Shown: in pieces, positions 35,506 to 43,683 of the stretch
Layout of the letters: the number at the start of each line of letters is the position of its first letter
How positions within the stretch are numbered: position 1 is the stretch's first letter
Assembly (NCBI GenBank): GCA_938021205.1
Contig: CALIGI010000082.1
Coordinates: 1,111 to 65,110, forward strand
Reading direction: 5' to 3'
Source: an uncultured Pseudanabaenaceae cyanobacterium
GTDB lineage: Bacteria; Cyanobacteriota; Cyanobacteriia; PCC-9006; JAAUQQ01
DNA: 64,000 nt
Notes under the pieces: model-generated
What the model was told of the DNA's origin: nothing
The model's input: only the letters and a program-made list of their open reading frames with translations
Database searches by the model: none
Made by a program: the position numbers and the translations under genes

Positions 35506-37506
35506 ATGAAGATTCTGGTAGTCGAGGATGATGAAGCCTTTTCTGCTTTAGTTGAAGCTGCTCTAGAAGAACAGCATTACCAAGTGGATCGGGTGACTGA
35601 TGCCCAATCTGGGTGGGATTGGTTGGATGCCTATGAGTATGATTTAATTCTGCTGGATTTGATCTTGCCCGGTAAGGCAGATGGACTTTGCTTTTGTCGA
35701 GAGTTGCGGGCCAAGGGCGATCTTACGCCGGTTTTATTGATGACGGCGAATGAAGCCCAGTCCATTAAGGTTCAAGGATTGGATGCGGGGGCTGATGATT
35801 ATTTAGTTAAGCCTTTTGATTGGGCTGAGTTGTTGGCGCGAGTGCGTGCCCTATTGCGTCGGGGCCAGGATTCCCTGTCTCCCCTATTGGTCTGGGGGAC
35901 TTTAGAGTTGGACCCCAGCAGTTGCGAGGTGGTGTGCCAAGTTCAGCCGAATCTGTCCGGGGCAACTTCAGTGGGAACGGGGCCAAAAGTGCTGGCTCTC
36001 ACGGCTAAGGAATATAGCCTGTTGGAATTGTTGCTGCGTAATCCCCATCGCATTTTCAATGCGGGAGCATTATTGGATCGCCTGTGGGATTCCGAGGAGG
36101 CTCCATCGGAAAATGCAGTGCGAGCCCATATCAAAGGACTCCGCCGCAAGCTTAAGCAGGCGGGAGTTGGAGACCCTGTGGAGACGGTGTATGGCCTGGG
36201 CTATCGTTTGCGGGGGGCTCCATCCCAGGCGGAGGAGCCTTTTGCTGGGGCAGAGCAATCTGGTTCAACGGATCTTGCGGCGGAGTCTCCAGCGGGACAG
36301 CCTACTCCGGAGCCTTTTCAGCAGCAGCTTGAGCGGGTATGGCAGCGAGCCAGAAAAACCTATTTAGAGCAAGTGACGGCCTTGGATGGCATGGTGGAGC
36401 GTTTGCAGCAGCAGTCTACGACATCCTCCCTGTTCTTGACTCCAGAGGATTGGCAGCAAATGCGCCGTCAGGCCCATAGTCTTAAGGGGGGGCTGGGTAG
36501 CTTTGGGCTTCATGGGGCGGCGGCGGTGGCTGCCCAGCTCCAGGACTTAGTTGAGCCTGCCCTGGATGAGGGTAGCAAAAGTAGCGATGACTCAGGTGCT
36601 GTACCTCCTGCAGGTGGAGTACTACAGCCTCTCTTACTCCAGTTGCGTCAGGCGCTGGAAGCTGCTGTCACCTTGCAGCTAGAGCCTTTGGCACCGGATC
36701 CTCCAAGCCCCCCAGAGCCTTTAGGCCAATGTTGGTTGGCCACGACTGATGCTGCCCTAGTAGAGCGCTTGACGGCGATCGCGGTCAGCTCAGGTATTAC
36801 CCTAGATTTCCTATCATTGGAGGATTCTTTGGAGCGTTGCTTGCTCCCTCGGGAAGATGGCCTCTCCGCAGGGGGGGGAGCTCCACCCCAGGTGGTGATC
36901 TGGGATTTGGCGACAGTCCAGAGTGTTGCTTTAGAGCGTTTAGGAGGATTGCCTTGGATTGCCTTGATTGAAGGAGATTCTTTGCCCCAGCGAGTCAAGG
37001 CAGTCCAAGGCGGTAGCAGTTGCTGTGTGGATCGCCTTGCTGGCAGTGAGGCAATCATGGAAGCAGTCGCGGCTCAGTTGCAGCGGCTACGCCAAAAACA
37101 GTTGGGGGCGGCTAAGCTGCTGGCAGTGGATGATGATGCTCCGCTATTGAATCTGTTGGAAGGGATGTTGCAGCCCTGGGGGGTGGAGGTGACGCTGCTG
37201 AGCCAGCCTGAGCAGTTTTGGCAGGTGCTCCAGAAAACCCAGCCGGACCTGTTGCTGTTGGATGTGGAGATGCCTGGGGTCAATGGTTTAGACCTCTGCC
37301 GAGTGGTCCGTCAGGACCCTCAATGGTGCCGATTACCGATCTTGTTCCTCTCTTCTCGGCGGGATGGCCCCTTGCTGGAGCAGCTTTTTGCAGCGGGGGC
37401 CAGTGATTTCTTGAGCAAGCCAGTGACGGGGGAGATGCTGGTGGCTAGGGTCAGGAATTGTTTGGAGCAGTCTGCATTGGGTCAACCTCAGGTGCTGCTG
37501 TCATGA
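35506..37506 (+). CDS. multidomain response regulator: REC, OmpR-type winged helix, Hpt, receiver-like domain, REC
   Basis: REC1: KILVVEDDE...LILLDLILPG...LLMTA...YLVKPF. wHTH: LTAKEYSLLELLLRNPHRIF...VRAHIKGLRRKL...VYGLGYRL. Hpt: QAHSLKGGLGSFG. C-terminal REC: LLAVDDD...LLLLDVEMPG...FLSS...FLSKPV. Confidence 0.85.
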   Translation: MKILVVEDDEAFSALVEAALEEQHYQVDRVTDAQSGWDWLDAYEYDLILLDLILPGKADGLCFCRELRAKGDLTPVLLMTANEAQSIKVQGLDAGADDYLVKPFDWAELLARVRALLRRGQDSLSPLLVWGTLELDPSSCEVVCQVQPNLSGATSVGTGPKVLALTAKEYSLLELLLRNPHRIFNAGALLDRLWDSEEAPSENAVRAHIKGLRRKLKQAGVGDPVETVYGLGYRLRGAPSQAEEPFAGAEQSGSTDLAAESPAGQPTPEPFQQQLERVWQRARKTYLEQVTALDGMVERLQQQSTTSSLFLTPEDWQQMRRQAHSLKGGLGSFGLHGAAAVAAQLQDLVEPALDEGSKSSDDSGAVPPAGGVLQPLLLQLRQALEAAVTLQLEPLAPDPPSPPEPLGQCWLATTDAALVERLTAIAVSSGITLDFLSLEDSLERCLLPREDGLSAGGGAPPQVVIWDLATVQSVALERLGGLPWIALIEGDSLPQRVKAVQGGSSCCVDRLAGSEAIMEAVAAQLQRLRQKQLGAAKLLAVDDDAPLLNLLEGMLQPWGVEVTLLSQPEQFWQVLQKTQPDLLLLDVEMPGVNGLDLCRVVRQDPQWCRLPILFLSSRRDGPLLEQLFAAGASDFLSKPVTGEMLVARVRNCLEQSALGQPQVLLS

Positions 37507-37739
37507 TGATTTTAGGAGGAGGGTCGATGTTGAAGACGGGTGATGAATTCAATGGCAGTTTTGGGAGTCCCAGGAAAAAGGGCTTTTGAGATGGGTCGGG
37601 AGAGCAGTGGATGGTACGAGCCTGTGGGCTCACCTTGTGAGACCTGCCGTTGCCATTACTGCTGATTTTTGGGCTCTGGTTTTGATGATTGATGCGCTAT
37701 TTTCGCTTTGGCTTTGGCCCGTCCCCGTAAAATCCTAGG

Positions 37740-40466
37740 GTGTCTATGGCTCTCAATGAACCCAATCAAATATTTGCGAATATCGCCTTAAAGATCCGCC
37801 AGTCCTTGAATTTAGAGGACATTTTGGAGACGGCGGTGGCGGAGGTGCGCCAGTTGTTGGGCTGCGATCGCGTGCTGATCTATCGTTTCTATCCCGACTG
37901 GAGTGGTGTCATTGCGGTGGAATCGGTGGCGAGCGCTGAGCTTTCGATTTTGAGCCGTGTCATAAAGGACCCTTGTTTTGAGCAGAGTTGGTTGAAGCCC
38001 TATCGGGAGGGACGGCTCCAGGCCACCGCAGATGTTCAGCAGGCGGGCCTTCGAGATTGTTATGTGGAATTCCTAGGGGAGTTTCAGGTGCGGGCCAATC
38101 TGGTGGTGCCGATTCTCTTGGGCGATTGCGCTGAACCCCTGTGGGGGCTGTTGATCGCCCACCATTGTCAGAAGCCTCGTGTTTGGTCTGAGGAAGATGT
38201 TCAGTTACTGAAGCAATTGTCGGACCAGATGGCGATCGCCATTCAGCAGGCTTTGTTGCTCCAGCGCACCCAGGCTGAGCTGGTCGAACGTCGCCTGGCT
38301 GAGGCCAATTTGGAGGAGAGTGAGGCGCGCTTTCGTCGCCTGGCGGAACAGGCCCAGGATGTGATCTATCGCTATGTGTGGCAGCCTGAAGCCCAGGTGG
38401 AATACATTAACCCAGCCATTACGACCTTGACGGGCTACACCCCTGGAGAATTTTATGCCTCGCCGGAGTTGCTGTTTTCTCTGGTGCATCGCGAAGACTT
38501 GAAGCAGTTTCGTCAGCAACTTTCGCCTCAGCTCCAGAGTGCCGATGATGATGTGGAGCCCCAGCCCCGGTTGATCGTGTGGCGCTGCCTCCATAAGGCA
38601 GGCCACGTGTTGTGGGTTGAGCAGCGTTGTACGCCCCTGCGGAATGAAGCGGGAGAATTGGTGGCGGTGGAAGGGATTGTGCGGGATATTCGCGATCGCA
38701 TGGTGGATTTGACTCCTTCGCCCGCTGCCTCAGTGACTGAGGCCGGCTTGTCTCAGCTTGGGTTTGGTGCGGACGCTAGAAAGCGGCTGTGGCAGAGTCT
38801 GCGGGAGCCATTTTCTAGCCTAGCCCTGTCTCGCTATGCCAGTGCCAGCGTTATGGTGGGCATGATTTTTCTGGCGGAGGGGCTGCGTCAGGGGGGGCTA
38901 TCGGCTGCTAGCCAAATGCTGGTGCTGTTTGTCGGGCTGGTGCTAGCAGCCAGTGGAGGAGGATTGCAGGCAGGGGTGATGGCCACCCTCGCCCTCTGGC
39001 TATATCTCTTGGTTACGCTGGTGTTGGATGGAGCCACGGGGCGGACGGATTGGCCGCTATACCTGGCGATTTATGGGCTTGCCACGGCCATCGTGGCAGT
39101 GGTGGTGGGGCAGACCAAGGATCGCAGCCTTTCAGCCGATCAGGCCTTGAACCAGGTGAATGAAACTCTTGAACTGCGGGTGCAGGAGCGGACTGCAATC
39201 TTAGATCGCACCAATAATCAACTCCGAGAGGAAATTGAGGAGCGGCGGCGAGCCCAGGCGGCTCACCAGGCCGCAGAAATAGAATTGCAGCAGCTCAACC
39301 AGGTTTTGGAGAGTCGGGTCTTAGAGCGTACAGCGACCCTGGCAGCCTCCGAGGGACGGTGGCGCAATTTCATTGATACCGTGCGCTTGTTGGTTGTGGA
39401 TATCGGTGTGGATGGCCGAGTGAACTATGTCAATCCCCATTTCCTGACCCTGACAGGCTATGAAGCTGAGGCTGTGATTGGCTGCAATTGGTTTGAGACC
39501 TTTGTGCCCCGCCACCAGCTCTCCCAAACTCGGCAGATTTTTCAGGAGTTCCTGGATGAGGGCTTCCATTCCTATTTCCCCACGGTTATTTTGACGGACT
39601 CGGGCGAGGAGATCGTCGTGGCCTGGAATAACACGCTGCTGCACGATGCTGCTGGTCAGGTCCAGGGCAGCCTCAGCATTGGTGAAGATATCACTGAACG
39701 CTATGCTGTCTCCCGGATGAAGGATGAGTTTATTTCCGTGGTGAGTCATGAGTTGCGTACACCACTCACCTCCATTCATGGTGCTCTGGAACTGTTGGAT
39801 TCTGAGGTGGTGCCGCTGGAGTCGGAGCGGGGCCGTCAGGTATTGGCGATCGCCGCCGAAAATTCCCAGAGGCTGGTGCGCCTCGTCAATGACATCCTTC
39901 AGCTAGAGCGCTTGGAGTCGGGCAAGATCAACCTGAATCAGAATGTCCTGTGCAGTACTGAGGTCACGGCCCGAGCCCAGGAGCTGATGCAAATGCTCCT
40001 AGAGCGCTCTCAAATTCAGTTGGTTGTGGAGGATCCTGGTCTAGAGTTGTGGGCTGATGGCGATCGCATCATTCAGGTGCTGACTAATTTACTAGATAAC
40101 GCCATCAAGTTCTCGGAAGCGGATGGCCAAGTGAGCCTTACCGTGGAAGCGGCAGCTTCCCCCACGGTTCCGGGGCAAATGATGGTGTTGTTTAAGGTGA
40201 GTGACCAAGGTCGGGGGATTCCCCTAGATAAGCTGGGCAGTATCTTTGAGCGCTTTCACCAAGTGGATGCCTCGGATTCCCGTCGGCGTGGCGGCACGGG
40301 ATTGGGATTGGCCATTTGTCGCAGCATTGTCCAGCAACATGGCGGGCAGATTTGGGTGAACAGTACTTTGGGCCAAGGGAGTCACTTTTATTTTGTTTTG
40401 CCGTCGCAGCCTGAGGGAAAAGGCAAAATGCTGGAGGGCCAGAGATCCCCACCAAGCTCTACCTAG
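37740..40466 (+). CDS. sensor histidine kinase (GAF, PAS, 4-TM block, coiled coil, PAS, HisKA, HATPase)
   Basis: H-box VSHELRTPLTSI, N-box LTNLLDNAIKFS, G1 DQGRGIP and G2 GTGLGLAICRSIV. A hydrophobic block lies mid-protein. No C-terminal receiver. An alternative ATG is at 37746. Confidence 0.9.
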   Translation: MSMALNEPNQIFANIALKIRQSLNLEDILETAVAEVRQLLGCDRVLIYRFYPDWSGVIAVESVASAELSILSRVIKDPCFEQSWLKPYREGRLQATADVQQAGLRDCYVEFLGEFQVRANLVVPILLGDCAEPLWGLLIAHHCQKPRVWSEEDVQLLKQLSDQMAIAIQQALLLQRTQAELVERRLAEANLEESEARFRRLAEQAQDVIYRYVWQPEAQVEYINPAITTLTGYTPGEFYASPELLFSLVHREDLKQFRQQLSPQLQSADDDVEPQPRLIVWRCLHKAGHVLWVEQRCTPLRNEAGELVAVEGIVRDIRDRMVDLTPSPAASVTEAGLSQLGFGADARKRLWQSLREPFSSLALSRYASASVMVGMIFLAEGLRQGGLSAASQMLVLFVGLVLAASGGGLQAGVMATLALWLYLLVTLVLDGATGRTDWPLYLAIYGLATAIVAVVVGQTKDRSLSADQALNQVNETLELRVQERTAILDRTNNQLREEIEERRRAQAAHQAAEIELQQLNQVLESRVLERTATLAASEGRWRNFIDTVRLLVVDIGVDGRVNYVNPHFLTLTGYEAEAVIGCNWFETFVPRHQLSQTRQIFQEFLDEGFHSYFPTVILTDSGEEIVVAWNNTLLHDAAGQVQGSLSIGEDITERYAVSRMKDEFISVVSHELRTPLTSIHGALELLDSEVVPLESERGRQVLAIAAENSQRLVRLVNDILQLERLESGKINLNQNVLCSTEVTARAQELMQMLLERSQIQLVVEDPGLELWADGDRIIQVLTNLLDNAIKFSEADGQVSLTVEAAASPTVPGQMMVLFKVSDQGRGIPLDKLGSIFERFHQVDASDSRRRGGTGLGLAICRSIVQQHGGQIWVNSTLGQGSHFYFVLPSQPEGKGKMLEGQRSPPSST

Positions 40467-40687
40467 GCCCAGAAATGCTCCAAGAACAGCCTAAAAACTG
40501 CCCAGAAACCAGCAGAGCGTGGGGATTAGGACTGTTGGACGATTGGCCAGGGGAGCATTCCAGGTATAACGTGAGTTCGATAATTCTTGGGCTGTCCTCA
40601 CCTGGGTTGAGCTCAACAGGAGAGCCCCTAGTCCTTGGGGAAAAAGGAACGTCAAAATCTCTAAAAGCCTTGTGATTTTGCGTTCGG

Positions 40688-40725
40688 CTCCCTTCTCTCG
40701 TTGGAGAAAGGCTTAGGGGATGAGG
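40688..40725. repeat. G/C-tract stem-loop dispersed repeat
   Basis: CTCCCTTCTCtcgttgGAGAAAGG followed by CTTAGGGGATGAGG. Confidence 0.5.
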
Positions 40726-40830
40726 TTGTTTCTGTGTCTGTCGAGTCGAACTCAGGTCGGAATAGAAATCCCATGCTTAGAGACTGCTCTGAGCATGGGA
40801 ATGGGGTCAATCAATAGAGGTTAGAGGATA

Positions 40831-41211
40831 ATGACAAAACGAATCTTGATTATTGATGACGATGATGGCATTCGCGACATCGTTGCCATTTCGCTGGAGG
40901 CTTTAGCTGGATGGGAAGTCCTCAAGGCAGATTCTGGGCCAGCGGGGGTGGAACTGGCTCGTTCGGCTCAGCCCGACGGGATCTTGCTGGATGTGATGAT
41001 GCCAGGCCAGGATGGTATGGAGACCTTGAAGCAGCTCCAGGCTCAGCCTGAGACCTCTGCCATTGCGACGATTTTTCTCACGGCGAAGGCTCGCTCCAGT
41101 GAGCAAAAGCGATTATTAGATTTGGGCTGTGTGGGGTTAATTACGAAGCCCTTTGAAGTGCAAAAGCTAGTTCCGCAGATTTGTGAATTGTTGGGATGGC
41201 TCCTGCCCTAG
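40831..41211 (+). CDS. single-domain (CheY-like) response regulator
   Basis: ILIIDDDD, ILLDVMMPG, FLTAK and ITKPF. Confidence 0.9.
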   Translation: MTKRILIIDDDDGIRDIVAISLEALAGWEVLKADSGPAGVELARSAQPDGILLDVMMPGQDGMETLKQLQAQPETSAIATIFLTAKARSSEQKRLLDLGCVGLITKPFEVQKLVPQICELLGWLLP

Positions 41212-41293
41212 GTGCTCAGGTACCGCCGCCTTGGTCCGAATGGCTTTCCTGGCTGGCCTACTGAATCTAGGCGTATATGTCAGTGCGGTTGGG

Positions 41294-41312
41294 ATCACAA
41301 AATCCTCACAAT
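41294..41312 (+). promoter_or_regulatory. TCACA-N6-TCACA direct-repeat box D, with a -10-like TAGGCT at 41320-41325
   Basis: ATCACAAAATCCTCACAAT with a 9-nt spacer to TAGGCT. It lies about 90 nt upstream of ATG 41401. Confidence 0.55.
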
Positions 41313-41400
41313 CTTTTTCTAGGCTGAGGATTGTTGTGTTTCTTAGGGCAAATTTTTGGTAGAGGGCAAGTCACAAGCTCCGTTTCGCTTTGAGCGAGAA

Positions 41401-41793
41401 ATGACGATCTCGATATTGGAGAAGCAAGATGTAGCTGCACTGCAGGCGCTGAAGCAATTTTTGCTAAATATGCCCGGACCGAAGGCGATTGAGACTGTTT
41501 TGGTTCAGGCTGTTTGCTACTGCGCGGAGGAACGTCCAGAAGCTTTTAACTGGGTCGTTGCCCATGCTGCTCAGCTAGAGCCAGAGCTGCGACTGGAGCA
41601 GTGGGCTTACAACTTCGTGGTGAACGCCTTGGCGCAGAAGGGCTGTGTTGTGGGGCGAGAGTTTCGTTTTGAGCAACAGTCGGACTCCAGTCAGTTGCAA
41701 TTACATCTAGAGGCTATGGTCCGACAGATTCTCTGGGAGAACTGCTCCCAGGGGGAATGGTTGCTGCTGAATCGTTTGTTTGGGATTGAGTAA
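41401..41793 (+). CDS. uncharacterised 130-aa protein
   Basis: ORF with normal composition preceded by box D. No motif recognised. The ORF-track start at 41356 is a TTG. Confidence 0.55.
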   Translation: MTISILEKQDVAALQALKQFLLNMPGPKAIETVLVQAVCYCAEERPEAFNWVVAHAAQLEPELRLEQWAYNFVVNALAQKGCVVGREFRFEQQSDSSQLQLHLEAMVRQILWENCSQGEWLLLNRLFGIE

Positions 41794-41846
41794 ACTCAGG
41801 TGAGTTTTAGAGGGATAGTCGGTTCAGCACTATGGCTGACAGAACC

Positions 41847-41865
41847 ATCACAGGATCTTCACATT
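41847..41865 (+). promoter_or_regulatory. TCACA-N6-TCACA direct-repeat box B, with a -10-like TATAGT at 41873-41878
   Basis: ATCACAGGATCTTCACATT with a 9-nt spacer to TATAGT. It lies 57 nt upstream of ATG 41922. Confidence 0.6.
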
Positions 41866-41921
41866 GTTTCTTTATAGTTCAGTTAAGAACAAAACGAGAT
41901 GTGATTGGGGAGAAAGTTTAT

Positions 41922-42101
41922 ATGTCTGGATATCCTGCTTGCCCCTGCTGCTCCTATGAGCTTCTGCACCGTGTGAGTGCTAAGGGGTCTATCTGGTTCT
42001 GCTCCCATTGTTATCAAGAAATGCCTGTGGTGGATGTTAGCCAGTATCGGCTTTCTGGAACTTTGGTGTCACAAATTTCGAGAGGTACGCGGAAGTCATG
42101 A
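41922..42101 (+). CDS. small Zn-ribbon protein (59 aa), copy B
   Basis: MSGYPACPCCSYELLHRVSAKGSIWFCSHCYQEMPV, with CxCC ... CxxC intact. Confidence 0.65.
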   Translation: MSGYPACPCCSYELLHRVSAKGSIWFCSHCYQEMPVVDVSQYRLSGTLVSQISRGTRKS

Positions 42102-42457
42102 TGGAATCGACGTCTAGGGATAATGTTAGTGATAGTGCTCGTGCCCAGGATCGCATGACGCTGGGAGAGATCATTAATGAGTTTGTCTCCAGTTGCCCCT
42201 CGCCTCTCTATGGCGAAGCTCTGTCCCGCCCTGTGGTGCGTCGTTACTTGGTTGACTACGTTCTGAAGCGGGTTCAGTGGGAGCTACCGTCGGAGCTGTT
42301 ACGGGTGGATGAAACCCAGCCTGGTTCTGCTGCCCAAGATGCCATTACCTTTCGCGAATATGTGGAATGCGCCATTTACTGGGGCATGGAGGAGATCATT
42401 CGCGATCGCCTTGATCTGAGCTTAGTTGATGATGGATATCCGAATCCTGCGGCCTAG
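42098..42457 (+). CDS. uncharacterised 119-aa protein, copy B (paralogue of 34017-34367)
   Basis: ATGA overlap with the Zn-ribbon ORF. About 68 of 89 aligned residues are identical to copy A by hand count. Confidence 0.75.
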   Translation: MMESTSRDNVSDSARAQDRMTLGEIINEFVSSCPSPLYGEALSRPVVRRYLVDYVLKRVQWELPSELLRVDETQPGSAAQDAITFREYVECAIYWGMEEIIRDRLDLSLVDDGYPNPAA

Positions 42458-42511
42458 GGGGCTGTGATTCTCCTATGTCGATTCTAGATTGAGCCGAAGC
42501 ATCGAGCTGGA

Positions 42512-43588
42512 CTATCGCCGATAGGTGCTGCCATCGGGCATGGTGGCTCCAGCTAGATCCGCACCGTTGAGATTGGCACTGCTGATTTCTGCGCGAATTA
42601 GAATTGCCTCAGTGAGGTTCGTTTGGGATAGGTTTGTGCGGGCAAAGTAGCCCTCGGAGAGGATGCCGCGTTGAAGATTCACACCGGTCAAATCTGCACG
42701 GCTGGCATCGCAGCGAGCCAGCTTGGCATCTACCATTACTGCCCCAATGAAGCTGCCATGCTTAAGGTTGGCATCTGCCAGGGTGACGGAGGTGAAGTCG
42801 CTGTTGTTGGCCTGGGCACCAATGAGCTTGGCGCGGTCCAGGCGGGCGTTGACTAGGCTAGCGTTATCTAGGATGGCTTCGCTCAGGTCTGCCTCGGAGA
42901 GTATCGCTCCAGTCAGGTTTGAACCGCGCAGGTTTGCACCGCGCAGATCTGCTCCCCTCAGGGTGGCATCGGCTAGGTCTGCCTGGCTGAGATCTACACG
43001 GGCCAGGTCCGCACCGGATAAATTGGCCCCCCGTAGATCCGTCTGGTGGAGGTTGGCCCCGCGTAGATTGCTGCTGCGATTGCTGCCTTCTTCTCGTAGG
43101 TTGGCCCCGCGTAGGCAGGCCCCGCTGAGGTTGGCTCCGCTGAGGTTGGCATTGCGGAGGTCGCAGTCCATGAGGTTTGCATCTAGCAGGTTTGCCAGGG
43201 TGAGCTGGGCGCTGCGCAGGTCAGCTCCCTGGAGACTACTGCCATGGAGATCGGCGTTATTGAGACGGGCGCTGACGAGTTTGGATTGGTTGAGGTTGGC
43301 TCCGCTGAAACGGCTGTTGCTCAGGTTGGCTTCGCTGAAATCCACACGGGTGAGATAGGCCATCATAAAGTTGCCGCTACTGAGTTCCGCTTTGGCAAGG
43401 TTGACGCCGATGAGGTCAGCCTCCAGCAGGTCTGCACTACGAATACGGATGCTCTGGAAGTTGGTTTTGCCAGTGGCATATTGCTGGAGGAGTTGCTTGC
43501 TGTCCATTAGGTACAGGGATGGGGAAGGGAGTTTGAGCGAGCTTGGGACGGGTTTTGGCGAGGAATAGATGGTCGGTCCAGAGGGCAT
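42512..43588 (-). CDS. pentapeptide repeat protein
   Basis: Long run of A(D/N)L..-type pentapeptides, for example ANLSGANLSGACLRGANL and DLRGANLSGADLARVDLSQADL. Confidence 0.9.
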   Translation of the reverse strand: MPSGPTIYSSPKPVPSSLKLPSPSLYLMDSKQLLQQYATGKTNFQSIRIRSADLLEADLIGVNLAKAELSSGNFMMAYLTRVDFSEANLSNSRFSGANLNQSKLVSARLNNADLHGSSLQGADLRSAQLTLANLLDANLMDCDLRNANLSGANLSGACLRGANLREEGSNRSSNLRGANLHQTDLRGANLSGADLARVDLSQADLADATLRGADLRGANLRGSNLTGAILSEADLSEAILDNASLVNARLDRAKLIGAQANNSDFTSVTLADANLKHGSFIGAVMVDAKLARCDASRADLTGVNLQRGILSEGYFARTNLSQTNLTEAILIRAEISSANLNGADLAGATMPDGSTYRR

Positions 43589-43683
43589 GGGGTCAACCGA
43601 TCCTGGGCTGGGAACTCTGAGGTGTCTCGTGGATGCTCAGGCGGGGGATGATTGTTGAGGGGGGAATGCCCAGATGTGGAGGG

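Noticed and set aside
42723-43358. 211-aa plus-strand ORF (Arg/Ala/Leu/Ser-rich), with several shorter ORFs, opposite the pentapeptide-repeat gene.
   Set aside because: It is the antisense reading of a highly repetitive A(D/N)LxG coding sequence. Its composition is low-complexity and periodic, and the minus-strand pentapeptide protein explains the region.
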